DNA of 56,920 nt from IMG/VR virus record IMGVR_UViG_3300039159_000083, positions 1 through 56,920 of that record, one strand, 5' to 3'. This DNA is from a virus (Duplodnaviria > Caudoviricetes). Shown here piece by piece: positions 47,341 to 56,920 of the stretch (position 1 is its first letter; each line of letters opens with the position of its first letter). A program made the position numbers and the translations under genes. The notes under the pieces are model-generated. The model made no database searches. It was given only the letters and a program-made list of their open reading frames with translations, and was not told where the DNA came from.

Positions 47341-49263
47341 TTAATAATCCGCTATCATTTCTACTTTAGTTGTGTAGCCACTCTCATTACCCTGAGCAAA
47401 GATGTTATGTTGTATTGACCTTATCTTATAAACAGGTAATACTAAATCTCCAGTAGGTAATCTACCTATTTGCAACTTCTTTATTTCTTCTCTAGCTATT
47501 TCATTAGAAGCAGGATTCTTTAGAGAGGTGCCCGCAGCATCAAAGATTGTTTTATTAGATTCATCACTAAGAGATTCCCATCTTCTTTGTTGTTCCTCTA
47601 AAAGTTCTATAGACTTTTTAGTACCAGGATTAACTGAGGTAGCAAAGTCATGAAGTATAGAGTTATATATTCTAACCGCCTCACCTGGATAGAAGGTTGG
47701 GTCTCCTAATACAGTCATCTGAATAGCCGCCAATTCTCTACTAAATCTTCTAGCTTGGGCAAGACCTACTATAAGAGCGGCTCCTGCTGGATTACCTTCA
47801 TAACTAGATAAGTTTCCATCATAAAGAACATTATTCCTACATGGTGGAGTAACCTTTCTACCTTCTAGATTCCAATTATTAGCCTCAATAGCCATCTGTA
47901 TATTATCCATAAAGTCTCCATAAGTACCTCCAGATTGAGAATCTACTACTACATACCTATTAAAGGTACCTAGAGAAGATGAGGCTACTCTCATATCTAT
48001 AATCATCTGATTACTTAAAGGGGGACTATCTGATTGATCTTTAGGATAAGTCTTAAAGAAGTAGGTTCTATACATTCTATTGGGGTCATAGAAACCTGAG
48101 GTATCTATACTAGAAGGAGCAAATATAAAGTCTCCATTTACATGTGAGGCATAGAAATCAGTAAATCTCTCTTCTGTATCTCCTAAATATCTAATAATTT
48201 CTATAGGAGACTTATCTAGTATCTGGAAGACTGCACTACCATTACCTTTTCTATAAGGAGGTCTCTGCACCCACATATGGAATCTAGGAGCAGCCTCAGG
48301 ATGCATTATCTTAAACATGGCAGCTCTCACCCAACCAGCAGGGTCAGCAGGTGGTGTATTCTTAACTGCGGCACTAGTACCTATATTGGAATAACCTGTA
48401 AACTTCTTAGCTCCCTTTTTAGGGTCTCCTATTACTCGCCTCCAACAACTCTTATTATCTTGCTCAATTAATGTAGCTCCAGTAGCAGCCTGGGCTACTT
48501 GTAGGAGTATCTGATCTCTATTACCAGTAGCTAGTCCTCCTGACCCTTCATCACTTGGTTTCTGACTTTTATCAAAGAGTTGTGAACCTTGTAGAGAAGG
48601 AATAGAAATGATTTTAGTATCAGAGAAGATACGGGCTCTATCTCTACAATGAAGGATACATTGAACGCCCTTATCTACTATTACATTTACCGTATCTATG
48701 AATCCCCAGAAGATAGGAGCTAAGGGTCTGGTATGGTCTGTCTTAAATATGTATTCACCCTCAGGAGCACATATAGGATTACCATTACTATCATTACCTA
48801 AACCCTCAGGACATAAATCTATAGGGTATTGATCTAATAGGTCAGCACATATAGGAGTAGTAGGCCCATCAATCCATCCTGCATATATTCTTATTTCATC
48901 TTCATAGGTTAAATAAGGATAATTACCTCCTCTATAACTAGATAGATCTGGTAAGTTAGGTACTCTATCTGATACTTCAGGTAAGTTAATAGTAAGAATT
49001 ATCTGAGCAGTAGATACACTCCAATCTCTAACTGTAGTGACCTTAACTGATTTTATTACCCAGCATAAAGGTCTATCAATCATGCTATCTATATTAGTCC
49101 AATCACTTTTAGGATATAACTTACTAAGTCTATCCATATCCCAGAAGTTATCCTTATAACCATATTGGGTGGTAAATAATATGGGTTGAATAGCATTATT
49201 CATCCCTGCATATGTGATAGCGGCTGCTGGTAATCTAGTCTGGTCACTATAGTATTTAGTCAT
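47341..49263 (-). CDS. Baseplate hub protein (gp27/gpD-like)
   Basis: EIRIYAGW, IFWGFID, LHCRDR, VLGDPTFYPGEAVRI and YKIRSIQHNI...GYTTKVEM. Confidence 0.8.
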   Translation of the reverse strand: MTKYYSDQTRLPAAAITYAGMNNAIQPILFTTQYGYKDNFWDMDRLSKLYPKSDWTNIDSMIDRPLCWVIKSVKVTTVRDWSVSTAQIILTINLPEVSDRVPNLPDLSSYRGGNYPYLTYEDEIRIYAGWIDGPTTPICADLLDQYPIDLCPEGLGNDSNGNPICAPEGEYIFKTDHTRPLAPIFWGFIDTVNVIVDKGVQCILHCRDRARIFSDTKIISIPSLQGSQLFDKSQKPSDEGSGGLATGNRDQILLQVAQAATGATLIEQDNKSCWRRVIGDPKKGAKKFTGYSNIGTSAAVKNTPPADPAGWVRAAMFKIMHPEAAPRFHMWVQRPPYRKGNGSAVFQILDKSPIEIIRYLGDTEERFTDFYASHVNGDFIFAPSSIDTSGFYDPNRMYRTYFFKTYPKDQSDSPPLSNQMIIDMRVASSSLGTFNRYVVVDSQSGGTYGDFMDNIQMAIEANNWNLEGRKVTPPCRNNVLYDGNLSSYEGNPAGAALIVGLAQARRFSRELAAIQMTVLGDPTFYPGEAVRIYNSILHDFATSVNPGTKKSIELLEEQQRRWESLSDESNKTIFDAAGTSLKNPASNEIAREEIKKLQIGRLPTGDLVLPVYKIRSIQHNIFAQGNESGYTTKVEMIADY

Positions 49264-49306
49264 GTTTCAATTTTATAAGCCTTATCTATTATAAGAGACT
49301 AGATAT

Positions 49307-49334
49307 AAAAACACCTGCCTATGTGGGCAGGTGT
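49307..49334 (-). terminator. Rho-independent terminator after the tail tube gene
   Basis: Minus strand ACACCTGCC-CACATA-GGCAGGTGT-TTTT. A minus-strand TATAAT follows at 49288-49293, upstream of the hub gene. Confidence 0.8.
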
Positions 49335-49372
49335 ATAGTTAATCATATTAAATTAGCCTTATGTATTTAGTC

Positions 49373-50128
49373 TTATGTACTTAAACCAGGAACTCCACTC
49401 TGAGAGTTTACAGTATTAAGATTAACACTACCAGCACCATCAGGTCCAAAGAATTGGCCATAACCAGTATCTCCTCTTTGTTCCTTAAACTTCTGGATGG
49501 TGGCGGGCACATAAGTAATACCCTCAGCTACACCTTCCCAACGAAGAGCGGCTACACGTCTACCAGGCATGATACCAAGAGAGACAGAGTCAACCTTACA
49601 TCTCATTAAGTCATATCTACCTTTAGCAGTAGCTTTCTCTCCTTGGTAGTAAGACTGTTGATCGAATAGGGAATACTCTTCAGCACCTCTTCTATAAGCT
49701 ACATCACCTTGTCTGTCTACCTTACCAAAGGTTTTATCTTCGTTCTGTATACTATTCTCAATTTCATGAGCATTAGCATCAAAGGAGATTTGGAAGCGAG
49801 GGCCTCTAGTAATAAATTGGTCTCTACGTAGAGCCTTAACTCCAAATGTCCTATAGATAAACTTCATATCTACCATCCCTTGCTCTAGAACCCAGGCTAC
49901 TTGAATCTCACCATTAAGGTGGATAGGTATTCTTTGTCCTAGTTCCAAGTAGGTCTCCGTAGCATCTCTAATGGAGATGGTGAGTGATTGAAACTTACCA
50001 AACCAGGCTACCTTACCAGTACAGACATCTTGTACCCATACTTCAAAGTCAAAACCTTGAAGTGGGTCAATACCTGCGTTATTAACTGGACTACAATAAA
50101 GCGTATCTTGTACTTGTTGATCGGGCAT
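49373..50128 (-). CDS. Tail tube protein
   Basis: Directly after the sheath gene; DPLQGFDFEV, FQSLT, YLELG and GEIQVAW. Confidence 0.8.
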   Translation of the reverse strand: MPDQQVQDTLYCSPVNNAGIDPLQGFDFEVWVQDVCTGKVAWFGKFQSLTISIRDATETYLELGQRIPIHLNGEIQVAWVLEQGMVDMKFIYRTFGVKALRRDQFITRGPRFQISFDANAHEIENSIQNEDKTFGKVDRQGDVAYRRGAEEYSLFDQQSYYQGEKATAKGRYDLMRCKVDSVSLGIMPGRRVAALRWEGVAEGITYVPATIQKFKEQRGDTGYGQFFGPDGAGSVNLNTVNSQSGVPGLST

Positions 50129-50191
50129 ATCTTCTATCTATCCTTATATATATCCTTTACTTAATTAGTTATACTTCCTACTTAGTAGTTA

Positions 50192-52765
50192 TTACTGTGT
50201 AGGTCTTACCCCACCCTCAGCAGACCTTTGTAGATATACGTTAATATAATCTGCAGCATATAAAGGTAAGAAGCTTACAAATATATCAACTACCCCGGTA
50301 GTAACATCAGGAGATGAAACACCAGTAGGCAAGAAGTTACTAATCTCTCCATTCCTAGCTCTAGTAGACATATAAGCATCTATAGAAGTTGCTATTTGCC
50401 TACGTAGGAGGGATGTATTAGGCTCACTCTTATATTGTTGTAAGGATTGAAATAAGTCCATCCTAATCATGTCATAGGTACGTCTAATAGTAACTTTATC
50501 AAAGGCTGTATTAGAACTTAGGGTTCTACCATTAATAAAGTTATAAGAGAGTAATGAAGGGTCAAGGGCTATAATTTCTAACTTAGCATCTGTATAAATC
50601 TGTAGATGGCTCATAGCAGAATAAGCAAGAGTATCTATTTCAGATAAGCCATAAATAGGCCCTGCACTAGACCTAGCATTAGGCCCTACAAAGAAGGGTA
50701 TAGTAGCCAGCTTACCAGCATATACAGCATCAGGCGATAGACCAAACCTAGGAGCATTAGGTTGACCAGCATAAGTAGACCAACCAGCAATCATAACAGC
50801 ACGGGTTGATTCATAACCAATAGTTTCTAGCTTAGCTTGCTCAGGAGTAAGTCCTGGCTTAGCATTAAGAATGGCTATTCTCAATCCTTCTAGTTCAGTA
50901 GAAGATTCAGCCTGAGCTATAAGAGCAGATCTAACTACATTAGATTCATACTGACCAGGAGCTAAGACTATATGTACTGGCTGAGATCTGAGGATCTTAA
51001 GGGATCTTAGATAATCTTCTTCATCAGGTCTAGGGCCATCATAACCATCCTCTAAGGATACATTCTTAAGTCTCTCAGGACCAAAGTAATTAGTATGTCT
51101 TACATCCTCTGCATCATAGATAGATCTATCAGCAGGGGCCAATCTCATAGGACTCTTAGTTAAGAGATTAACATTAAAACTAATTCTATTAAGGGCTTTA
51201 GGTAAGAAGATTCCTCTTACATGCTTAGAACCATTAAGGGCTCTGATAATACCACTATCATCTGTATCAGAGAATGAGATCATGTATGACTCATCAGTGA
51301 TTGGTGGGTCATAATTATCTTTATTGAGGTCAACTATAGTAAGACGGAATCTAGTTCTATCTACAGGATACAGTGTTGCCCTAATAGAGTTACCCCAAGC
51401 ACCTTCTGAGGTAGCTATGAGACGAAGCATTGGAATTCCACCTAGGGAATAGAAGTCTCTAAAAGCTCTTCTAGGGCCGTCCTCACCGCCTCTCATAAAG
51501 GAAGTATTATAGAAACTATAATTACTAATAGAAAGACCTTCAGGGTTAGCAAAGTGGAAGACACTAATAGAATCAAAGCTTGATTGAATTGGTTTATTTA
51601 ACCAAACAACAGCTAGGGTTCCACCAAACTGAGGAACTTCTACTCTATCAACTTTAGTACCAGGTTGTACTAAGTTAAGATTAGGGTCAAGACCTGGAGC
51701 TTCTGGATCAAAAGGATTACTAATATTAGTAACAGTATAAAGACCGCTACCCTCAATCATTCTTACATCAGCACCTGGTTGAATATAATTAGCAAACTCA
51801 ATAGGTATTTGTATATACTTTTCTCCAGCAAAGAAGGCACACTCAGCCAATACTTCACCATCAGGTTCTTGAAGATCTACATAGTATGTATAGTTATTAC
51901 CTATCTTACCTTGTAGTTCTTCTTGTAACTCAAATACAATTCCACTATCAAATTCATTACTTTCTATTAGACCTAAAGGATCTACACCTTGAAGTGATTC
52001 TATAAAGGAAGTAACAACTTGGTTAGGTGTAGCTTCTTCATAAATAGGTATCTTGAAAGAATTAGAGTTAACCCTAATACTCCAGGTATCTTCAGGGCCC
52101 ACTTCAACTGGGTCATCTTGATTTAGAGTACCAAAGCTAATATAAAGACCATGATCTACGGCTAAGGGTAATCCAGAATCCTCATTAGTATTAAAGATTA
52201 TATGTCCATAAGGAAGCATATAGTTATTGCCATCTATAGGAGTAGGTTCTGTTTCATCCCACCATATAAGAGCTTCTACACCTAAGGGTATAAATACATA
52301 CTTAATAATAGCAAAACCTTCTTCATCTACTTCTGATACCTTAAACCAAAATCTACCAGAGTTAGCGCCAATATAAGAGCCACTGGTAAAGATATCAGTC
52401 TTTAGAACTTTACTTCCTTGGTTAACAATATTACCAATAAACTTAAGAGTAAGTAAGGCCGTATTATTCTTAGAGGAAATACCTGAGAAGCTAACATCTC
52501 CTTTAGCAGGTTTACCTCTACCTAATACTCTTACACAACCAAACTCTTTAGCTCCTTGATCCCAGGCAGCTTGGAAGGCCATTGAACCTACAGAAGTATC
52601 ACTCCCATAAGTATTAGCAAAGTCTGTATAGCCGCCAACATATTTAAAGGAGTTGGAAGGGCCTCTAGTAAAAGGTCCAACTATTCCTATTCTATTTCTA
52701 ACGTTAGGTCTGATAGGTGCGGTTGCTACTGGCAACTCAAAGAACTTAATTCTAGGTACTAGCAT
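50192..52765 (-). CDS. Contractile tail sheath protein (857 aa, with insertions)
   Basis: IGIVGPFTRGP, F...YG, VRVLG, GAWGNSI, LEDGYDG, YAGKLA, TIRRTYD and LPLYAADYINV. Confidence 0.92.
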   Translation of the reverse strand: MLVPRIKFFELPVATAPIRPNVRNRIGIVGPFTRGPSNSFKYVGGYTDFANTYGSDTSVGSMAFQAAWDQGAKEFGCVRVLGRGKPAKGDVSFSGISSKNNTALLTLKFIGNIVNQGSKVLKTDIFTSGSYIGANSGRFWFKVSEVDEEGFAIIKYVFIPLGVEALIWWDETEPTPIDGNNYMLPYGHIIFNTNEDSGLPLAVDHGLYISFGTLNQDDPVEVGPEDTWSIRVNSNSFKIPIYEEATPNQVVTSFIESLQGVDPLGLIESNEFDSGIVFELQEELQGKIGNNYTYYVDLQEPDGEVLAECAFFAGEKYIQIPIEFANYIQPGADVRMIEGSGLYTVTNISNPFDPEAPGLDPNLNLVQPGTKVDRVEVPQFGGTLAVVWLNKPIQSSFDSISVFHFANPEGLSISNYSFYNTSFMRGGEDGPRRAFRDFYSLGGIPMLRLIATSEGAWGNSIRATLYPVDRTRFRLTIVDLNKDNYDPPITDESYMISFSDTDDSGIIRALNGSKHVRGIFLPKALNRISFNVNLLTKSPMRLAPADRSIYDAEDVRHTNYFGPERLKNVSLEDGYDGPRPDEEDYLRSLKILRSQPVHIVLAPGQYESNVVRSALIAQAESSTELEGLRIAILNAKPGLTPEQAKLETIGYESTRAVMIAGWSTYAGQPNAPRFGLSPDAVYAGKLATIPFFVGPNARSSAGPIYGLSEIDTLAYSAMSHLQIYTDAKLEIIALDPSLLSYNFINGRTLSSNTAFDKVTIRRTYDMIRMDLFQSLQQYKSEPNTSLLRRQIATSIDAYMSTRARNGEISNFLPTGVSSPDVTTGVVDIFVSFLPLYAADYINVYLQRSAEGGVRPTQ

Positions 52766-53535
52766 TTGGCATGTCTCTCTGGTACTTGTGTGTATGGTTT
52801 AGGTGCTTCATCTGGCATTACATGAAGATTAATATCTTTGATCTTATGGAGGAATTTATCTCTCCAGCCTCTAGATACATAAGAATCTATTCTTATTAAT
52901 GCTTCTCCTTCATGAAAATAGATCTCTTTCTTTTTCTCCCAGGGCACAGACCTTAGGTTAATAAGGAGTAATTCGATAGAATCTACTTCTATAAAGGGTT
53001 GATATACTGCCTTATGAATGGGATCTTCTATTACTAATCTTAGTATCTCTAAGTAGTTACCTATAATGTCAGCACCTGGATTTATCTGTAACTCTACATT
53101 CTTCTTAGAGAAAGAGGTAAGCAGTATTTGATTTGGATGAGTTGCTGCTTCCCTATTAACTAATGTAATATCATCTCCTTCTACTTGATTACCTAGTATT
53201 AAATTAGAGTAATGAAACTTTATTACGAAGTGATAAACAGCTTGATCATTTCCATCAGGGCCTAAATTATGTGGTGAGAATAAGGCACTCACATTATGAC
53301 TGGAAGGGTCTGGAGCTGTAGGAGGATCTTGATAATGAGGAAATATAGAACATGCTAAACCAGATTCTAGCTCTATCCCATTGAATAACTTATACCTTTC
53401 TATCTCTACCCTTTCTTTAGTAATAGGATGAAATACTGGGGGATTAATAATAAGAGGATGATTAGCTATATATTTAAATAGAGCTTTATTCAAATAGCTA
53501 AGTGAAGGTACTGGAGAGGTAATAAGATCTATCAT
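52759..53535 (-). CDS. Putative tail completion/terminator protein
   Basis: Size and position immediately upstream of the sheath gene; positional inference only. Confidence 0.45.
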   Translation of the reverse strand: MIDLITSPVPSLSYLNKALFKYIANHPLIINPPVFHPITKERVEIERYKLFNGIELESGLACSIFPHYQDPPTAPDPSSHNVSALFSPHNLGPDGNDQAVYHFVIKFHYSNLILGNQVEGDDITLVNREAATHPNQILLTSFSKKNVELQINPGADIIGNYLEILRLVIEDPIHKAVYQPFIEVDSIELLLINLRSVPWEKKKEIYFHEGEALIRIDSYVSRGWRDKFLHKIKDINLHVMPDEAPKPYTQVPERHAKC

Positions 53536-55239
53536 CTAAAACTGTCTCCTATTATTTCTATTAACTGAACTGAGAAAGTCTATCTTATCAAATACAGATT
53601 GTAACCTTTTACTTTTATTAATAGGGGCAGTAACTGTAGCCCCATGTGGAGAAGCTGTAGAGGCCTCATTACCACCACTAAAAGGGTTAACTATAGTCTT
53701 TACTGTTATAGATCTAGGTTGGCTTTTAAACTGTGTGAGGGGTTGAAATGATGTGCCTGTAGCTATCTCTAAACACTCTGGTATAGCAGTTATATCTAAT
53801 ACCATATTTGTTACCTCATCAGTCCTTAAGAAAGGGATAATTTGTACTGCATTAGAATGAGGCATACTACCTAATAACTTAGAGAATACATGTCTCTCAT
53901 ATAATGAAGATAATAAGGTAAAAGATACTTCTTCAGGGCTAGAACCTTCCTCTATATTTATATCCCAATCTGTATACTCTCCAAGAGGAGGAGAGGCTAT
54001 TCTAATTCCTAGGTTACCCTTCACTTCAGATGAGTCACAACCCTCCTTTAATCTGAAATAGACAGTATCTATCTGATCCTTCTGCATACTAAGGTCAGAG
54101 GCCGCAGCACCTTTCTCTACATCTATAAGAAGAGAGTGAGGGCCTTGATCATCTAAAGAGTAATAACTATTCTTAGTACCATAAACAACACCTTCAATAG
54201 GTTCAGATAAGGGACTATACCTATTAGATATAGCCTCATCTATATCTCTAGCTTGTTCTATAGGTAATTGATATAACTTGACTGATATCAACTCTTTATT
54301 ATAAGAACTAGATAATAATCTTGATGAGAAGGTAATGTAATGAATACGGGTAGATATAGTAAAGCTAAGTTCTTTATTAGGTTCTGATTCTGTAGAAGGG
54401 TATATTTCAATCTTCTTATAACTGAGAGTTTCTCTAGTTATCTCACCTCTATTAGGAGAAGAGATAAGAGTAGAACTTTTCTCTATACAAGATTCATTAA
54501 TTGATTGACTTAATACTTGTACTACTTCTTCTACTGAACTCATATCTTCTATAAAGAAGCCTGATTCAACCTGCCTGGTAACTGAAGTGCCTGTAATGTA
54601 ATACCAACAGAAAGCTTTATATCCTGGTTTAACAGTTATATATTGGTTCAGTTGAACATTATCTAATGAGGCCGACTTACCTTTTACCTTATTAAAAATA
54701 TCCTCAGATAAATAACTTTTATCTATAGAACTAGCAAAGTAAAAGCTTAGGTTAGCTAAAGAGGTGGCCGTATTATCTATAGCCTCTGCACCGGTAACTT
54801 CTATAAGACCTATGATTCTATCAAGGTCAGCTAAGGCTTGTTCTTCTAAGTGCTTACCTAGATTAAATAGTTCTATATCAGAGTTAAGTGGTATATGTTT
54901 AATACATACAGCAGAAGTAAGAGCGGCAACTACCCTTTGTATCCCTTCACTATAAACAGAAGAAAACACTACCCTTCTTACTTCTCTATATTGAGTATCA
55001 TAATCACTGTTAGGCCCTAATCCACCTAGTACAGGTCTAACATCACTTCCTTTCTTACTCTTAGTAGCAGCTAATACTAGAAAGACTCTAGGAAAAGACT
55101 CTTCTATAGCTATATCTATTATGTCTTCATTAGATATAAGGCCAGTATTACTTAGAGTAACGCTGGCCCTTCTAACTCTCCTAATAAAAGAATCAGATGT
55201 AACTAAGGCTAATAGATCCTCATCTACAGATAGGGTCAT
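53536..55239 (-). CDS. Putative head-tail adaptor (Mu gp36-like helical N-terminus) with a long C-terminal extension
   Basis: IQRVVAALTSAV...LEEQALADLDRI resembles adaptor helices; consistent with its position. Confidence 0.4.
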   Translation of the reverse strand: MTLSVDEDLLALVTSDSFIRRVRRASVTLSNTGLISNEDIIDIAIEESFPRVFLVLAATKSKKGSDVRPVLGGLGPNSDYDTQYREVRRVVFSSVYSEGIQRVVAALTSAVCIKHIPLNSDIELFNLGKHLEEQALADLDRIIGLIEVTGAEAIDNTATSLANLSFYFASSIDKSYLSEDIFNKVKGKSASLDNVQLNQYITVKPGYKAFCWYYITGTSVTRQVESGFFIEDMSSVEEVVQVLSQSINESCIEKSSTLISSPNRGEITRETLSYKKIEIYPSTESEPNKELSFTISTRIHYITFSSRLLSSSYNKELISVKLYQLPIEQARDIDEAISNRYSPLSEPIEGVVYGTKNSYYSLDDQGPHSLLIDVEKGAAASDLSMQKDQIDTVYFRLKEGCDSSEVKGNLGIRIASPPLGEYTDWDINIEEGSSPEEVSFTLLSSLYERHVFSKLLGSMPHSNAVQIIPFLRTDEVTNMVLDITAIPECLEIATGTSFQPLTQFKSQPRSITVKTIVNPFSGGNEASTASPHGATVTAPINKSKRLQSVFDKIDFLSSVNRNNRRQF

Positions 55240-55247
55240 TAAATCAT

Positions 55248-55835
55248 TTACTCCTGCTCAAACTCTATATCAAGTATCTTTTCTATAGCTTCATTCTTGT
55301 TAGTATATTCAATACCATACTTATCTGATATACCTCTAACCTTACGTGCTGAGGTATAAGTAAGTTCTTTACTTCTAGATATTCTATTGGCTTCTTTATC
55401 ACTAAGAGGCTCAAGACAAGTAATATCTATTGGTAAAGCTGTCTGTTCTACAATACCTTTATTAGAGGTATCTATAGGTTGAGACATGATACTGGTGATT
55501 ATTGGATTTAAGTAAGGACTATCAATAGGTTCTTGATAAGGAGCAGTAAAGGAAGCAGGTACTATAGGACAAACTTCCTCTGGAAGAGGATAGTAAGTTT
55601 CTATAGGATAGAAACCATCCTCTTCATTCATCTCTTGTCTAAGCTCTGAATCAACAGAGCTTAGATCAATATAAACATACTCCTTATATGTAAACCTACT
55701 AGATAGAATAAACTTAAGCTCTTCCTTTTGACTAGCATTGGAAGGGTTTAGATACATACACTCACCAGAAGTTAGCCAGACTATCTTCTGTTGGTATTGA
55801 TATCTAAATGGAGCTATTGCTTGTATTCTTATCAT
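55248..55835 (-). CDS. Small virion-associated protein; N-terminus shared with the 1031-aa fibre, C-terminal Rho-N/HeH-like motif
   Basis: See findings. C-terminus KVRGISDKYGIEYTNKNEAIEKIL. Confidence 0.6.
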   Translation of the reverse strand: MIRIQAIAPFRYQYQQKIVWLTSGECMYLNPSNASQKEELKFILSSRFTYKEYVYIDLSSVDSELRQEMNEEDGFYPIETYYPLPEEVCPIVPASFTAPYQEPIDSPYLNPIITSIMSQPIDTSNKGIVEQTALPIDITCLEPLSDKEANRISRSKELTYTSARKVRGISDKYGIEYTNKNEAIEKILDIEFEQE

Positions 55836-55876
55836 AGTATTTATATTAGGTATACCTCTAAGTTATTAACTAGCTA

Positions 55877-56920
55877 TTAACCAGTAATTTCATCATCTCT
55901 AACAACTACAGCACCAAATACTGTATCAATGTCAGCAGTAGTAGGAGTACAGGCGCCAGTCTTAATCTTGACTAGGGCGGCTGGGTCTGCATACCACATT
56001 AGAGCAGACTTAGGTTTAGCTGAGATACCACCAACCCTTGCAGGATGGAAGGTGTCATCTAGATAGACAGGGTTAACTCTACCATAAGGTCTAACCTGTT
56101 CTTTAGTAATGAATCTTACAACTCCGTCCTCACGGCCTTCATGACCTAGAGCGGTATAAGAACTCATGTAGTATTCAAAGGCCGCAGCATGAACTGTAGC
56201 TGGCCAGCCCAAACCATCAGGACTAGGAGCAGTAACATAATCATAAGCCTCAATCAAGTCATTAAGACTGACACCTGATAGAGGGAAAGGATTGATGTTA
56301 GCAGCTGCAGAAGGAGCATCTCTATAAAGAGCCACACTAGAAAACCTATACATCTTAGATGCAGGAGTGCCTGGTAGACCAGTAGTAGTAGCTGCAGTAA
56401 AGAAGGTGCCAGTAGCTAATACTGGGTCAGTAATGGTATAGGTAGCAGGTAGTCTAGAACTAGGAACAAAACCCTGTGAGGATAGGAAGTAAGTAAACTC
56501 ACTCTCAGTCATTCTCAAAGTTCTATCAGGACTAGAGGTATTATCCTGAGGATAAACTTGAGCTAGGATAAGCTCAACACCATTAGGAGCTAGTAGTCTA
56601 CCAGTATATCTAGGGTCAGACATACGCTCTAGTTCTTCTGAGTAAGCATCAAAAACTAGCTTCTCAGCACCAGAGATACCTACTGTAAAGGCTTTCTTCT
56701 GCATGGCATCATAACCACCATAGACTACAGCAGAGGCTTCAATAGCTGGGTTCATAAAGTAACCAGCAAAGAACTCTTTAGTAGTAGGGTTCTGATAGAC
56801 ATAATAACGGAGACCAGCAGCAACTGCGGTACTCTTATCAATAGGTTCTGCATACCTAGGAACCGCAGCAACTACATACTCAGTATTAGATACCAAGAAG
56901 GGAGAGGCTAAGTCTAGGTC
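55877..56920 (-). CDS. Putative virion structural protein, 5'-truncated at the window edge
   Basis: The frame stays open past the TTG at 56896 to 56920 (DLDLASPF-LVSNTEY). Ala/Thr/Pro-rich like abundant structural proteins. Confidence 0.6.
   Translation of the reverse strand, partial: DLDLASPFLVSNTEYVVAAVPRYAEPIDKSTAVAAGLRYYVYQNPTTKEFFAGYFMNPAIEASAVVYGGYDAMQKKAFTVGISGAEKLVFDAYSEELERMSDPRYTGRLLAPNGVELILAQVYPQDNTSSPDRTLRMTESEFTYFLSSQGFVPSSRLPATYTITDPVLATGTFFTAATTTGLPGTPASKMYRFSSVALYRDAPSAAANINPFPLSGVSLNDLIEAYDYVTAPSPDGLGWPATVHAAAFEYYMSSYTALGHEGREDGVVRFITKEQVRPYGRVNPVYLDDTFHPARVGGISAKPKSALMWYADPAALVKIKTGACTPTTADIDTVFGAVVVRDDEITG

Noticed and set aside
7544-53538. TAG stop-codon reassignment, suggested by abundant TAG/CTA
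   Set aside because: Genes are long and dense under the standard code, and TAG stops (7544, 32906, 37417, 52759, 53536) fall at or near the start of the next gene.
2861-54955. Numerous short plus-strand ORFs in the track (e.g. 4157-4507, 12800-13399, 21153-21461, 39029-39394)
   Set aside because: They lie antisense within long, motif-bearing minus-strand genes and have no recognisable motifs. They are shadow frames caused by codon bias.
24299-55239. Bacterial extracellular contractile injection system or tailocin rather than a phage
   Set aside because: A large terminase and neck-like genes are present, with no Afp15-like ATPase and no host housekeeping genes.

Overview
This window is the virion-morphogenesis region of a large, AT-rich, strongly CG-depleted contractile-tailed phage. 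The host is probably a cyanobacterium, inferred from the amidase domain. Nearly all genes are on the minus strand. Read right to left they are: a truncated virion protein, neck/completion proteins, tail sheath, tail tube, baseplate hub, spike-amidase, lysozyme-M23 lysin, gp25-like, baseplate J and wedge proteins, an embedded flavin monooxygenase, two DUF4815-like paralogues, a plus-strand LAGLIDADG + DUF4326 insert, a family of modular fibre genes and the large terminase. The left edge holds a truncated gene, absent from the ORF track, for a DNA-binding/PD-(D/E)XK-like nuclease. Three observations stand out. (1) Two paralogous full-length inteins sit two residues apart inside the terminase Walker A motif. 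(2) A ~200-nt CG-rich multi-hairpin element (772-967) has covarying stems, mutually complementary 7-nt loops and a 65-nt near-copy of the adjacent nuclease coding sequence. (3) A flavoenzyme is translationally coupled into a baseplate operon whose proteins are unusually Cys-rich. All calls come from reading motifs by eye; no database searches were run.
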